In this document: in pieces, positions 18,801 through 28,914 of the stretch
How positions within the stretch are numbered: the stretch's first letter is position 1
How the letters are laid out: the number at the start of each line of letters is the position of its first letter
Source: an uncultured Bacteriovoracaceae bacterium
GTDB taxonomy: Bacteria > Bdellovibrionota > UBA2428
Length of the DNA: 64,000 bases
Reading direction: 5' to 3'
Assembly: GCA_964636255.1 (NCBI GenBank)
Contig: CAZWNW010000004.1
Location: 114,076 to 178,075, forward strand
Translations under genes and position numbers: made by a program
Notes under the pieces: model-generated
Database searches by the model: none
The model's input: the letters and a program-made list of their open reading frames with translations, nothing else
What the model was told of the DNA's origin: nothing

Positions 18801-20120
18801 ATGAAAAAGTACTTCGTTCTAGACACCAACATCATACTTTTTGATCCTCAGGCCATCTACAAATTTAACGACCACGAAGTCGTTATTCCACTCACCGTTA
18901 TCGAAGAAGTTGATCATTTCAAAAAGGATCAAAACGAGAACGGTCGAAATGCGCGCCATTTTAGCCGCATGATGGATGCCCTTCGAAAAAAAGGCCATCT
19001 CGGAGAAGGCGTCCCCCTCGATAAGGGTGGTTCGTTAAGTGTTGCCTGGTTCAATGCCGACGACATGAAGAGTCTCGGCCTTGTAGATAACATTCCAGAC
19101 CATCGCATATTGAGCGTAGCCGGAGCTCTTGTAAAAAAACACGGGCGTGAGCAAGTCACCTTCATCAGCAAGGACATCAATCTTCGCATTAAAGCAGACG
19201 CTCTGGCGATTCCGGCCGACGATTACGATGCGGCTAGCATCTCGGTTGAAGAACTCTACTCCGGGGTGGGAGTTTTTGAAGTTCCCTCGGAAGACATTGC
19301 TACATTTTATTCAGACAAACGACTTGTCATTGAAAATCCGGAACTCTACCCCAATCAATTCGTTATTCTACGTGATCAAAGTAACCCCAGCCATTCTGCG
19401 ATTGGCCGTTTTGATGTGCGTCTGGGCGCAGTTGTCCCCTTGATCCGCAGTGCCGAGGGTGTTTGGGGTCTGCACCCAAAAAACGTTGAACAAAGTTTTG
19501 CGTTGGATTTGCTCTTGAATGAAGACATCCAACTTGTGAGTCTTGTCGGAAAAGCCGGAACAGGAAAAACACTATTGGCCATTGCCGCCGGACTTCATAA
19601 GACTCTCGACGAAGGTCGTTATCAACGATTGCTGGTTTCACGTCCCATCTTTCCTATGGGAAGAGACGTGGGCTACTTACCTGGTGACATCGAACAAAAG
19701 CTCAATCCTTGGATGCAACCTATTTTCGACAACCTTGAATTTTTAATGGGTGGCCATGAACGCGGGCCTCGCCGCAGCGTTGCCCGAAGTGTTCAGGAAT
19801 TGATGAGCCAGGGAATGATCAACATCGAACCCTTGACCTACATTCGAGGTCGTTCGATTCCCAATCAGTATCTGATCGTGGATGAGGCTCAAAACCTAAC
19901 TCCCCATGAAATTAAAACGATTCTCACGCGCGCCGGTGACAATACAAAAGTCGTTTTGACTGGCGACTGTTACCAAATCGATAATCCCTACGTGGACAGT
20001 GCCTCCAATGGACTATCCCACGTAGTCGAGCGCTTTAAATCCGAAGAAATCGCAGGCCAGATCACTCTCGTGAAAGGAGAGCGATCACCTCTGGCGGAGT
20101 TGGCTTCCAACCTTTTATAG
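18801..20120 (+). CDS. PIN-domain + PhoH-like ATPase (PhoH2/YlaK family)
   Basis: N-terminal PIN (VLDTNIILFDP, acidic residues). PhoH Walker A GKAGTGKTLLAIAAG. DEAQN Walker B. Confidence 0.8.
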   Translation: MKKYFVLDTNIILFDPQAIYKFNDHEVVIPLTVIEEVDHFKKDQNENGRNARHFSRMMDALRKKGHLGEGVPLDKGGSLSVAWFNADDMKSLGLVDNIPDHRILSVAGALVKKHGREQVTFISKDINLRIKADALAIPADDYDAASISVEELYSGVGVFEVPSEDIATFYSDKRLVIENPELYPNQFVILRDQSNPSHSAIGRFDVRLGAVVPLIRSAEGVWGLHPKNVEQSFALDLLLNEDIQLVSLVGKAGTGKTLLAIAAGLHKTLDEGRYQRLLVSRPIFPMGRDVGYLPGDIEQKLNPWMQPIFDNLEFLMGGHERGPRRSVARSVQELMSQGMINIEPLTYIRGRSIPNQYLIVDEAQNLTPHEIKTILTRAGDNTKVVLTGDCYQIDNPYVDSASNGLSHVVERFKSEEIAGQITLVKGERSPLAELASNLL

Positions 20121-20138
20121 GCTGGACCTAAGCAAAAG

Positions 20139-20666
20139 ATGACCACCGAGGCATTCAACAGTAACCGCAAACACTTCAGAATACCGTTTAAAACGAAATT
20201 TGTTTATGCCACGGCCGAACGGGTTTTCACGGGCAACGCCCTTAATCTGTCTCCCGGCGGGATTTTTATTGGCACTATGGATTTGATTCCACGCGGAACA
20301 CTTTGTCGTGTCGCTTTTCTTTTAAAGGAAAACGAAGAACCCATCATGACCGAAGCTCTCGTTCGCCGCGTGGCTTCCGCAGGGTTTGACCCGCAGGAAG
20401 TACCTGGACTCGGTTTTCAATTTCCCGAAGAGAATCAAAGCCCCGAAGTGCTCGAACGTCTCAGCTCTTTCATCGAAGAAAATCGTCGAAAGCTAGAAGT
20501 AGCTGCGACGATTCTCTCATCGGGCGAACCAGAGCTGGTCTCTCTGCTGCCCCTTTTTCGCGACCTTCATTTGCCGAACTTCCAAGATCTTGGCGAAGTG
20601 CGTCAGTATGTTGAGCGCGTTTTAAAGTCCATTGAACTCGTCGAAAAAGCCAATGAAGGGATTTGA
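20139..20666 (+). CDS. PilZ-domain protein (c-di-GMP receptor)
   Basis: RKHFR (RxxxR) and NLSPGGIF (D/NxSxGG) motifs. Confidence 0.7.
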   Translation: MTTEAFNSNRKHFRIPFKTKFVYATAERVFTGNALNLSPGGIFIGTMDLIPRGTLCRVAFLLKENEEPIMTEALVRRVASAGFDPQEVPGLGFQFPEENQSPEVLERLSSFIEENRRKLEVAATILSSGEPELVSLLPLFRDLHLPNFQDLGEVRQYVERVLKSIELVEKANEGI

Positions 20667-20785
20667 CGCGGAGCGCCCAGTCCTTTAAATCCCTCAAAAC
20701 CGAAGTTTAAAGCTCAGCTTCAATAGACCGATATTTCGGTCTCAATTTCCTCAATATTTCTCCTAAGAACTCCGATCACTTAGGG

Positions 20786-22063
20786 GTGAGATTGCTAGGG
20801 GAAAGTGCTCGTAAAATTCGCGAGGTCCAGCTGGAAACTCCGCGCTGCGGCCGGTGCGCACATGTCCTCCCGGACGAGACACTTTCTTTTTGTCCCTACT
20901 GCGGAATCCCATTTTCAAAAGTCCCGCCCACCAGCAGCTTCGAACTGCTGGCGGCCGAACGCGATCGAAAGCGCCTACAAGGATTTCGTCGTCGACTCTA
21001 TGGCCTGACGACGCTCGTACTTTTTGGTTTTTGTTTGCTCATTTTCGGAGTCACCGAACTTTATTACTTCGAACGTGCTGAAAAGCTGATGGGGATTCGT
21101 AAAGTCGCGGTTTATTTCTACGATGATCCGCGCTATCCAACGCTGACCCTTTACCAAAAACATCAGTCTCTCGCGGTCGCCGCCGAAGCATTCCAAGAAC
21201 ATTTTGGAATTCGTCTAAGTGAAATTGAAGTGAAGCACGGCGCCCTTCCTCCGGAATTTGAAAAGCATTGGAGCTGGAAAGACGAGGAACATACGCGGCT
21301 TTCATTCTGGGAAAAAACTTTTTTCCCACTACAGCAGAGAGTGTGGGCCCGAGATCCCTCGGCGCCACTGCCACTCTTCATCACCAACTTCCCGATTCGA
21401 AATGACAAACCTCAGGAAACTTTGATTCAAACGGAACACCTCTCCGAAAGTCAGCTGGTTTCAGGGCTGGGACATCCCACCTTTTCTGTCATCTCGAGCT
21501 ATCGCATTTTCTCGGAAGAAAAAATTCTATTTCCCAAAGTAAAAGCCGCCGAACTCTCTGAATCTCAAACACGCTATCTCGGGGAATATGTGATCGCTCA
21601 TGAATTAGGACACGCCCTCCTTGGTTTACCTGACTACACCGTGATTGATGCGGAACATTCCCCCCTCTTTCGTGGACCTGCATCCGTTGGGGGCCGAGAG
21701 GCAATCAACTACCGCGAATGTTTGATGCATTCGGATTTTGGTGGGGGATTCAAAGCCTGGAACGCTTTAGCTTCACGAAAAATGGATGAAAAGATTAGTG
21801 GTTTTTGTCCTGAATACATTCCAACAATTGAGGCATTTTTAATCCGCATGCGCGCGATTGAAAAACTCAAATCCGGTGAACGCGTCGAAGCTGAAACCTT
21901 ACATCGGGAGGCCTTGGAGAAAATCCGGCTCACTCCCGAGATCTGGTTGGCTGGCCTGTGGACTCAGGAACATGTTCTATTTTTAGCGCCCTGGAAGCGC
22001 TGGTGGAGCAATCTTAAACAATTCTTCTCATTCCCAGAGCGCCCTAAAAGACGAGAAGGCTAA
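20786..22063 (+). CDS. Membrane-anchored zinc metalloprotease-like protein (N-terminal zinc ribbon, TM, HExxHxxGxxD snapalysin-type motif)
   Basis: C-x2-C...C-x2-C ribbon at the N-terminus. TM LTTLVLFGFCLLIFGV. HELGHALLGLPDY matches HExxHxxGxxD. GTG start in the track. An alternative start is possible. Confidence 0.5.
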   Translation: MRLLGESARKIREVQLETPRCGRCAHVLPDETLSFCPYCGIPFSKVPPTSSFELLAAERDRKRLQGFRRRLYGLTTLVLFGFCLLIFGVTELYYFERAEKLMGIRKVAVYFYDDPRYPTLTLYQKHQSLAVAAEAFQEHFGIRLSEIEVKHGALPPEFEKHWSWKDEEHTRLSFWEKTFFPLQQRVWARDPSAPLPLFITNFPIRNDKPQETLIQTEHLSESQLVSGLGHPTFSVISSYRIFSEEKILFPKVKAAELSESQTRYLGEYVIAHELGHALLGLPDYTVIDAEHSPLFRGPASVGGREAINYRECLMHSDFGGGFKAWNALASRKMDEKISGFCPEYIPTIEAFLIRMRAIEKLKSGERVEAETLHREALEKIRLTPEIWLAGLWTQEHVLFLAPWKRWWSNLKQFFSFPERPKRREG

Positions 22064-22125
22064 GTTCTCTGTTAATTTATATCGCAGAGCATTAAGTTGC
22101 TTAAATTCCAGTCGATAAGCCCTAT

Positions 22126-23649
22126 GTGGCATTCAGGAAGATCAACCTGGCGACTGTGACTGGACTCTTTCTACTTTCTGCCTGTCAGTCCACCAAGACT
22201 CCGCGGAAGGAGCGCAATGCAGAGGAGCTGGCACGCTTAGGTGATCGGGAGTCGTCCGAAAAGAAAGCCAATCCAAGCGAAGTGGCAATAGTTCGGGGCA
22301 AGTTAGCCATGGAGAGACGCGATGCCACGGAAGCAATAAATCACTTCAACGTCTGTCTTCAAATTTCTCCTGAAAATGAAGCGTGCCGCTGGGAACTCGG
22401 CTGGGCTCATTTCATGGCCCATGACTATTCCCGCGCCGGAGCGGAATGGGAAATACTTCAGCTCCTGAACCCGGAACGAGCAGGTCTAAAACGGGCCCTG
22501 GAGCGGGCGAAGAACCATTTGCGACTTCAAGCCCGCATCTGGAAACTGCGGAAAGAAAGCCCCTCAAGCTTTTTAAATAATTATTATTTATCTGCAAAAG
22601 ACCAGCTCATCATTCGTGCGGTCGGGGATACGATGCTGGGGACTGAATACCCCAAACCCATGCTGCCAACCCATTCTCCCCTTCTCGGGACTCGCCCGTG
22701 GTTTCAAGGGAGCGACGTGAATTTTCTGAATCACGAAGGTGTTCTTTGCGACGGTGAATCTAAAAGTAAATGTGAATTCACCGAAGGTACCTGTTATGCT
22801 TTTCGATCTCCGATCAAATTCGGCGAGTGGATCCAGGAAGCGGGATTTAATCTAGTGTCACTGGCCAACAACCATGTGATGGACTTTGGGGGGGCTTGTC
22901 AGGAAGAGACGGAAAAGGAATTCGACGCGCTTGAAATACCCTGGTCCGGACGCAAGGATACCGTCGCCCGTTTTGAAAAAAAGGGAATTCCTCTGTCGTT
23001 GATTGCCTTTCATACTGCCGATCATACAAATAATGTGCGCGACATCGAGCGCGCCAAAAAGCTCGTCAGCGACGAGAAACAATCCGGACGACTCGTAATC
23101 GTCTCCTTCCACGCGGGTGCCGAAGGATTCAATGCCTTACGCACACCCCAAGAAAAAGAAATTTATTTCGGTGAAAATCGAGGCGATGTCCGCGCCTTCG
23201 CCCACACGGTTGTGGATGCTGGAGCCGATTTGGTCATCGGTCACGGACCCCACGTGGTACGCGGAATAGAATTTTATAAGGAAAAAGTAATTGCTTATTC
23301 ACTTGGAAATTTCGCGACCTACAAGGCTTTTAATTTGGCTGGCCCCAATGCCTTTGGTGCTGTCTTAGAAGTTGTCTTAGATAAATCTGGTAATTTTCGG
23401 GGAAGTAAAATCATCCCAACAGTTCAAAAGGGATTTGGCATTCCGCAGTTCGACGAAAGCCATACTGCCATCGACCTGATCCGCTATTTATCCAAAGTTG
23501 ATTTCCCGGAATACGGAATGGATGTCGCCCTGGATGGAAGCTTAGGAAAACGCCCTCCCGCAATTCCAGCACCCGTTATGCGAGCTCCCGCGAGCAAAAC
23601 GAAATCAAAAAAACCGCGAAAACCGCGCCAAAAACCATCAAAGCGTTAG
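22126..23649 (+). CDS. CapA/PgsA-family (metallophosphatase-like poly-gamma-glutamate synthesis accessory) lipoprotein with N-terminal TPR-like region and Lys-rich tail
   Basis: Lipobox LLSAC. CapA motifs AVGDTMLG, NLVSLANNHVMDFG, VSFHAGAEG, GHGPHVVRG, YSLGNF. C-terminal KTKSKKPRKPRQKPSKR. GTG start. Confidence 0.7.
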   Translation: MAFRKINLATVTGLFLLSACQSTKTPRKERNAEELARLGDRESSEKKANPSEVAIVRGKLAMERRDATEAINHFNVCLQISPENEACRWELGWAHFMAHDYSRAGAEWEILQLLNPERAGLKRALERAKNHLRLQARIWKLRKESPSSFLNNYYLSAKDQLIIRAVGDTMLGTEYPKPMLPTHSPLLGTRPWFQGSDVNFLNHEGVLCDGESKSKCEFTEGTCYAFRSPIKFGEWIQEAGFNLVSLANNHVMDFGGACQEETEKEFDALEIPWSGRKDTVARFEKKGIPLSLIAFHTADHTNNVRDIERAKKLVSDEKQSGRLVIVSFHAGAEGFNALRTPQEKEIYFGENRGDVRAFAHTVVDAGADLVIGHGPHVVRGIEFYKEKVIAYSLGNFATYKAFNLAGPNAFGAVLEVVLDKSGNFRGSKIIPTVQKGFGIPQFDESHTAIDLIRYLSKVDFPEYGMDVALDGSLGKRPPAIPAPVMRAPASKTKSKKPRKPRQKPSKR

Positions 23650-23722
23650 CCCGGGAGGAACTCACGAGCCTGTGGGAAGGCTTCTCAAAGACATGGAGAT
23701 TGCCTTCCTGGATAACAGACAC

Positions 23723-23897
23723 CTAAGTTCTTTCACAGAAGCTAGAAATTTATATCCATTGATCACTGCCCCAAGGCGGGCAATGTCGTCTGAAGAAAAA
23801 ATTTATACTTCCGCCGCCGGGGAGAGGCTTTCGCCAGGAATTCCTGAAAAGCATTTCTGTATTGTGATCAATGGATATAAATTTCTAGCTTCTGTGA
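23723..23897. repeat. Perfect 34-bp inverted repeat pair flanking a 107-bp spacer (MITE-like / long-stem hairpin element)
   Basis: TCACAGAAGCTAGAAATTTATATCCATTGATCAC at 23723-23756. Its exact reverse complement is at 23864-23897. Confidence 0.8.
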
Positions 23898-23943
23898 ACG
23901 CACCTTCGTCGGTCTATTTCCAAGATGTCGACGTTCCAAAGAA

Positions 23944-24207
23944 CTAGCGAATTTCTTCGAGAAAAGACTTTAAGAAACGCGTCTGGGCGCGCTGATCTAA
24001 AACAGAGACCAAAGCATCATGACGGCTTCGATCCATCCATTCATCACTGCGACGTAAGGGAAAGTCGTGATCGTGTTCAAAGATCAATGCCTGGAGAACT
24101 TCTTCGTAAGGCTGATCGGAATAATAGTTGATCCAACGCTCAAGGACGGTTTTTTCCATCTGTCGTTGTTTGAGCTCTTGAAAAGAAATCACTTCCGCCA
24201 TCTGCAT
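23944..24207 (-). CDS. Small hypothetical protein (87 aa)
   Basis: ORF only. No motif recognised. Confidence 0.3.
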   Translation of the reverse strand: MQMAEVISFQELKQRQMEKTVLERWINYYSDQPYEEVLQALIFEHDHDFPLRRSDEWMDRSRHDALVSVLDQRAQTRFLKSFLEEIR

Positions 24208-24319
24208 CCTCGTCTTCTGAAGCCAACAACCACTTATTGCTTCGTTAAGATTTAAAGAAGTTTAGCGAATTTAATGCATCGCGTCAAGAATTCTCTCGAG
24301 GCCAAAATAGTAAATTCAG

Positions 24320-25294
24320 CTAGTTAGGCGAATCCATCCCCGCGATTTCCTCGATCTTTTCCAAGGTCTCGGGCCTGAGGCCCTGAAAGCTCTCAATCGC
24401 CTTGAGGTTCGCCTTTAGCTGATCGACGCTGGAAGCCCCCAAGATGACCGTGCTGATATTTGGCTTTCGTAAGCACCAAGCAAGGCTGAGTTCGGCCAAG
24501 CTTAGGCCCAGTTCCTTCGCCACCCCTTCGAGGGCGACGGCCTTTCGAATTTTTTCCTGCCCCTCGGGAGATTCAAAACGGGCGCGGAGCCATTCGTATC
24601 CCTTTAGAGCCGCACGCGAATCACTAGGAATTCCCTTAGTGTATTTACCTGTCAAAAGCCCAGAGGCCAGCGGAGACCAAATCGTAGTTCCCAAGCCACG
24701 CTCATAAAGCGGCGCATATTCGATCTCTACGCGATGACGGTGGAAGAGATTGTATTCCGGTTGTTCCATCGTCGGACCAAGCAGATGATGTTTCTCGGCA
24801 AAATCATAGGCGGCCGTGAGGCTTTCGACGGGCCACTCCGAAGTGCCCCAGTAACAGATTTTTCCTTGGCGAAGTAAATCATTCATCGCCCAGACGACCT
24901 CGGAAACAGGCGTGTCCGGATCAGGACGGTGACAAAAGTAGAGGTCAAGGTAGTCGACCTGAAGACGCTTCATAGCTGCATGGCAAGCATCAAAGATATG
25001 TTTTCTAGAAAGGCCCATCTGGGTCGGTCGATCGCCGCCCCAAAAAACTTTTGAAGAAACGCAAAAGCTATCACGCCCCCATTTCAATTTTTTCAAAGCC
25101 TCGCCCATGATGATTTCACTCTGGCCGTTGGCGTAGACTTCCGCGTTGTCGAAAAAATTAATCCCGGCATCAAAGGCTAAACCCATCAGCGATTCAGCCA
25201 ACTTTCCATCAACCTGCTTGGCATAGGTAACCCAGGACCCAAAAGATAGAGCGCTGACCTTAAGACCGGACGAACCTAATTTTCGATATTCCAT
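24320..25294 (-). CDS. Aldo/keto reductase (Kv-beta / Tas-like subfamily)
   Basis: N-terminus MEYRKLGSSGLKVSALSFGSW. Catalytic tetrad context. 324 aa. Confidence 0.9.
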   Translation of the reverse strand: MEYRKLGSSGLKVSALSFGSWVTYAKQVDGKLAESLMGLAFDAGINFFDNAEVYANGQSEIIMGEALKKLKWGRDSFCVSSKVFWGGDRPTQMGLSRKHIFDACHAAMKRLQVDYLDLYFCHRPDPDTPVSEVVWAMNDLLRQGKICYWGTSEWPVESLTAAYDFAEKHHLLGPTMEQPEYNLFHRHRVEIEYAPLYERGLGTTIWSPLASGLLTGKYTKGIPSDSRAALKGYEWLRARFESPEGQEKIRKAVALEGVAKELGLSLAELSLAWCLRKPNISTVILGASSVDQLKANLKAIESFQGLRPETLEKIEEIAGMDSPN

Positions 25295-25386
25295 TTCTTA
25301 AAAGCTAGGCGCCTTCGCATCACTAGGCAAGCGCTTGGGTTTTCTCAGAAAAAACTTCAGTATTTATAAAAAGTAATCTGAAGGTC

Positions 25387-27247
25387 TTACTTCTGTTGGT
25401 TTTTGGCCAATGACTTTTTGCGACCACGGATGCTGGTCGGAGTGATTTCCAAAATTTCATCGTCCGCAATCCACTCGAGTCCGCGCTCAATGGTCATAAG
25501 GCGCGGCGGAGACAAAACAATCGCGTCGTCTTTGTTGACCGTTCGAAAGTTCGTCAACTGCTTGGCCTTCGTAGGATTGACCCACAAGTCTTGGGGCTTC
25601 GCGTTTTCGCCGATGATCATGCCCTCATAGACGGGCACCCCATGACCAATGAACATCACGCCTCGCTCCTGCAGCGGATTGAGACTGTAGGAATTCGATT
25701 CACCATTGCGATCACACACCAGCGCGCCATTCACGCGCTGGGGAATATCGCCGCGGTGTTCTTCGTAACCTGCCGACATAAAATTGAAGAGGCCTTCGCC
25801 TTTGGTTTCCGTCAAAAATCGATTTCGCACGCCGATCAGCCCGCGTGACGGAATCATAATTTCAAGCCGAACGCGCCCTGAACCGCGGTTGATGATGTTT
25901 TGCAAAACACCTTTGCGTTTTTGAAACATCTGCGTGATCGCACCTTGGGCAAACTCGGGAACGTCCAAGACCGCAAGCTCCATCGGCTCAAGAATCTTCG
26001 CTCCTTCATTTTTCATCAAAATAACGGGTTGGCCCAATGCAAACTCATAACCTTCGCGGCGCATTTGCTCGGCCAAAATTGCCATCTGGAATTCACCGCG
26101 GCCTTTGAGCATAAAACGATCAGGGCTGTCCGTTTCCGAGAACTGTAAGGCCACGTTGGTCATGGTTTCTTTTTCAAGTCGCTCGCGCAATTTGCGCGAA
26201 GTTACGTGTGTGCCTTCTTTTCCAGCAAAGGGAGAGTCGTTCACTCGCCACTCGATTTGCAAAGTAGGAGCTTCCACGCGGATTCGAGGCAAGGCAAGCG
26301 TCAGCGGATCCCATCGATCGGCCGCAGATACGGTGTTGTCCGGAGTCGCCACCAACGAATCACCGATGTGAACGTCTTGATCACCCAAGGCGACGACGCC
26401 GATGTCTCCTGCATTCATCGACTCCGTCGGAATTTGGGCAAGGCCAAGATAAGTGAAAATACCCGAAACACGCACAACTTTGGATTTGTTCTGCAACGTT
26501 TTAGGATCCTCGTAAATCAACGCCATCGGTTCATTGGGGCGCACCCGTCCTTCGCGTACCCGACCAATCGCCATGCGTCCCAGGTATTCCGAATAGCCCA
26601 AGTTCGCAACGATCATGCGAAAGCGACCACCTTCCGCAACTTTCGGCGGCGGCACCGTTTCAATGATTTGGTCAAAGAGCGGGGCCAAGCTATCAGCTTT
26701 CTCGCGATCACTGAGATTCTTGAAAGCTTTGCCTTCGCGCGCGATGGCATAGACAACCGGGAATTCACACTGCTCGTCGGTCGCTTCGAGATCGATGAAG
26801 AGATTGAAAACCTCATCGAGCACTTCATTGGGGCGTGCATCGTGTCGGTCAATTTTGTTGATGACAACAATAACTTTCAGACCTTGGTCCATCGCTTTGC
26901 GCAAAACAAAACGTGTTTGGGGCAGCGGACCTTCGGCCGCGTCCACCAACAGACAGCATCCGTCGACCATCGACAAAATTCGTTCGACTTCACCACCGAA
27001 GTCGGCGTGGCCCGGAGTATCGACAATATTGATTTTGTAGTCTTTGTAGAGAATCGCGGTGTTTTTCGCGGTGATCGTAATCCCCCGCTCGCGCTCGAGA
27101 TCGCCGGAATCCATCACACGCTCGTCGACCTGTTCGTTCGTACGAAATGTGCCCGATTGTTTTAAAAGACCATCAACTAGGGTTGTTTTACCGTGGTCGA
27201 CATGGGCGATGATTGCGATATTTCTGATTTTCTCGGCTGAGGACATG
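25387..27247 (-). CDS. typA: Translational GTPase TypA/BipA
   Basis: Start MSSAEKIRNIAIIAHVDHGKTTL. G-domain motifs. EF-G-like domains. The track ORF has a spurious 64-codon N-terminal extension. Confidence 0.9.
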
Positions 27248-27295
27248 CCCCAGCCTTCTCGCATATTGGCACTTGGGCGTCTACAAGTAAGTCGA

Positions 27296-27736
27296 TTAAA
27301 GGTGCCAGATTTGGGCTTCGCCGCGATCTTCCTTTGCGGTCTGAGAATAAGCCTGGATAAAGTCGACCATCTTTTCAATGGCTGCGTAAGTAGATAGGTG
27401 AGTGTCGAAACTACAACCATGCACCCAGTAGCTTCGGCCATCTTCCGAGAGCTTAGAGACTCGACGCACCGTAAGTTTCATCGGGATATAGGTATTTTGG
27501 GAGAAATAAAATCGAAAATCGATCTCTTCTCCATCCGTGAAACAGCCTTCGGATTCTGGCCATCGGAAACTGCAGCCGGATTTGGAAATATCGACGATCT
27601 CCACACCCTTCAGTCCAAGCTTCTCGATAAAAGTGTAGCAGCCGAGAATACGTCGAAAGAGAACGCGCTCATAGTGACGGCGAAACTCATCTTGCTTTTC
27701 TTTTCTCTTCTCGCTGATTTGAACCACTTTCGACAT
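27296..27736 (-). CDS. PilZ-domain protein
   Basis: RRHYER (RxxxR) and DISKSGCSF (DxSxGG-like) motifs. 146 aa. Confidence 0.6.
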   Translation of the reverse strand: MSKVVQISEKRKEKQDEFRRHYERVLFRRILGCYTFIEKLGLKGVEIVDISKSGCSFRWPESEGCFTDGEEIDFRFYFSQNTYIPMKLTVRRVSKLSEDGRSYWVHGCSFDTHLSTYAAIEKMVDFIQAYSQTAKEDRGEAQIWHL

Positions 27737-27852
27737 AACGGGAAATCCTCCTGCTTGAAGATCTTCTCGTCTGGAAGAGGGAAAAACTTTAACCGATTCT
27801 TCACAGAGCCCAAGAAAAGCTCGAGTTCAGAATCGCGCGCCGCAGGATAACG

Positions 27853-28908
27853 TCAGACTCTTGACACTGATTCCAAAGATGCCGAGAGATCACAATAGGA
27901 TGACTGAGCCGCACGCAGACTTTCTTCGCCGATAAAAAAGAGAGCAGGCATTTCCTCTTGGTCCGCCAAGACCCATGGGGTCCCTTGTAGATGCCCTAAG
28001 ATTCGATCATGAACTGAACAACGCTCATGAGGACTTAGTTTAAGGGAATCATCATCACTGCCTTCAAAGAGCGATTTTAAACCGCGCCGTAGTGCCTTCT
28101 GAAAAGCGCTTAGACCCTTTGGATCCTTCAAACGATCCTGATGAAGATGAACAAAGGAGCGCAGGGCTTTTCCCTCTTCGCCATCAATCAACGAAGCAAA
28201 AACCAAATGAAGTTTTCCTTCAAAACGAAGGGGAAGACCAAACAACTGGAAGGGTGGCAGGGAGAATCGCAGAGCTTCTTCATGGGACAATTCCCAATCC
28301 AAGCTCATACCGCCGCGGTAATCCGAGGCTGCACTTAGGTATTTAGGGTTTTCGACCATGACCTGTTGAGCCGGAATTTTACCCATGGCATTTTGAAAGG
28401 CCATGATGCCAGCGGCCCAATAAACTCTGCGGGCCTGATATTGGCGTTCGGGACTCTTCAGTAACCACAAGTCGCCCACTCGATCCAGACCAACAACAGG
28501 ACTTCTGAGTTGAAGCTGAAGAAGTGGAGAACTGAGCGGGGCCATGTCCATAAACCATGAGTAAACTCGCCCTTCCAGCAAATGCCATTGAGGCAACGAA
28601 GACTCCCATTCTTTACTTTGCCAATCAACGCTTGCGGGCTCCACCCAATCGCGCTCCCACCGAATGATCAGCGGATTAAGCAATGATCCCGTTAAAATTG
28701 GAAAAGACGCGCTGTCGTCGGCATCCGTCAAAGTGAAACCGCTTCGAGCACTTCCACCCTGAACTTCGGTTGATTCCAACAACAAGGTTTCCTGACCTAG
28801 CTGCGTTGTGATTTCTGCCTGAAAAAGTCCGGCCGGACCTGCGCCCACAATGGCAACATCATAGATTTTTGGATCTAAGTTTTCAGCTTCAGTTTTTGCT
28901 TTTGCCAT
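27853..28908 (-). CDS. FAD/NAD(P)-binding oxidoreductase, unknown specificity
   Basis: N-terminal Rossmann GxGxxG KIYDVAIVGAGPAGL. Confidence 0.6.
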   Translation of the reverse strand: MAKAKTEAENLDPKIYDVAIVGAGPAGLFQAEITTQLGQETLLLESTEVQGGSARSGFTLTDADDSASFPILTGSLLNPLIIRWERDWVEPASVDWQSKEWESSLPQWHLLEGRVYSWFMDMAPLSSPLLQLQLRSPVVGLDRVGDLWLLKSPERQYQARRVYWAAGIMAFQNAMGKIPAQQVMVENPKYLSAASDYRGGMSLDWELSHEEALRFSLPPFQLFGLPLRFEGKLHLVFASLIDGEEGKALRSFVHLHQDRLKDPKGLSAFQKALRRGLKSLFEGSDDDSLKLSPHERCSVHDRILGHLQGTPWVLADQEEMPALFFIGEESLRAAQSSYCDLSASLESVSRV

Positions 28909-28914
28909 CTACTT

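Noticed and set aside
23672-23947. 91-aa ORF
   Set aside because: It is threaded through both arms of the 34-bp inverted repeat. The repeat structure explains the sequence better than coding.
25295-25386. Possible intrinsic terminator after typA (CTTCAG...CTGAAG + T-run on minus strand)
   Set aside because: Only a 6-bp stem with a 17-nt loop, too weak to call confidently.
26206-27165. 319-aa plus-strand ORF
   Set aside because: Antisense to typA. Arg/His-rich composition typical of out-of-frame translation.
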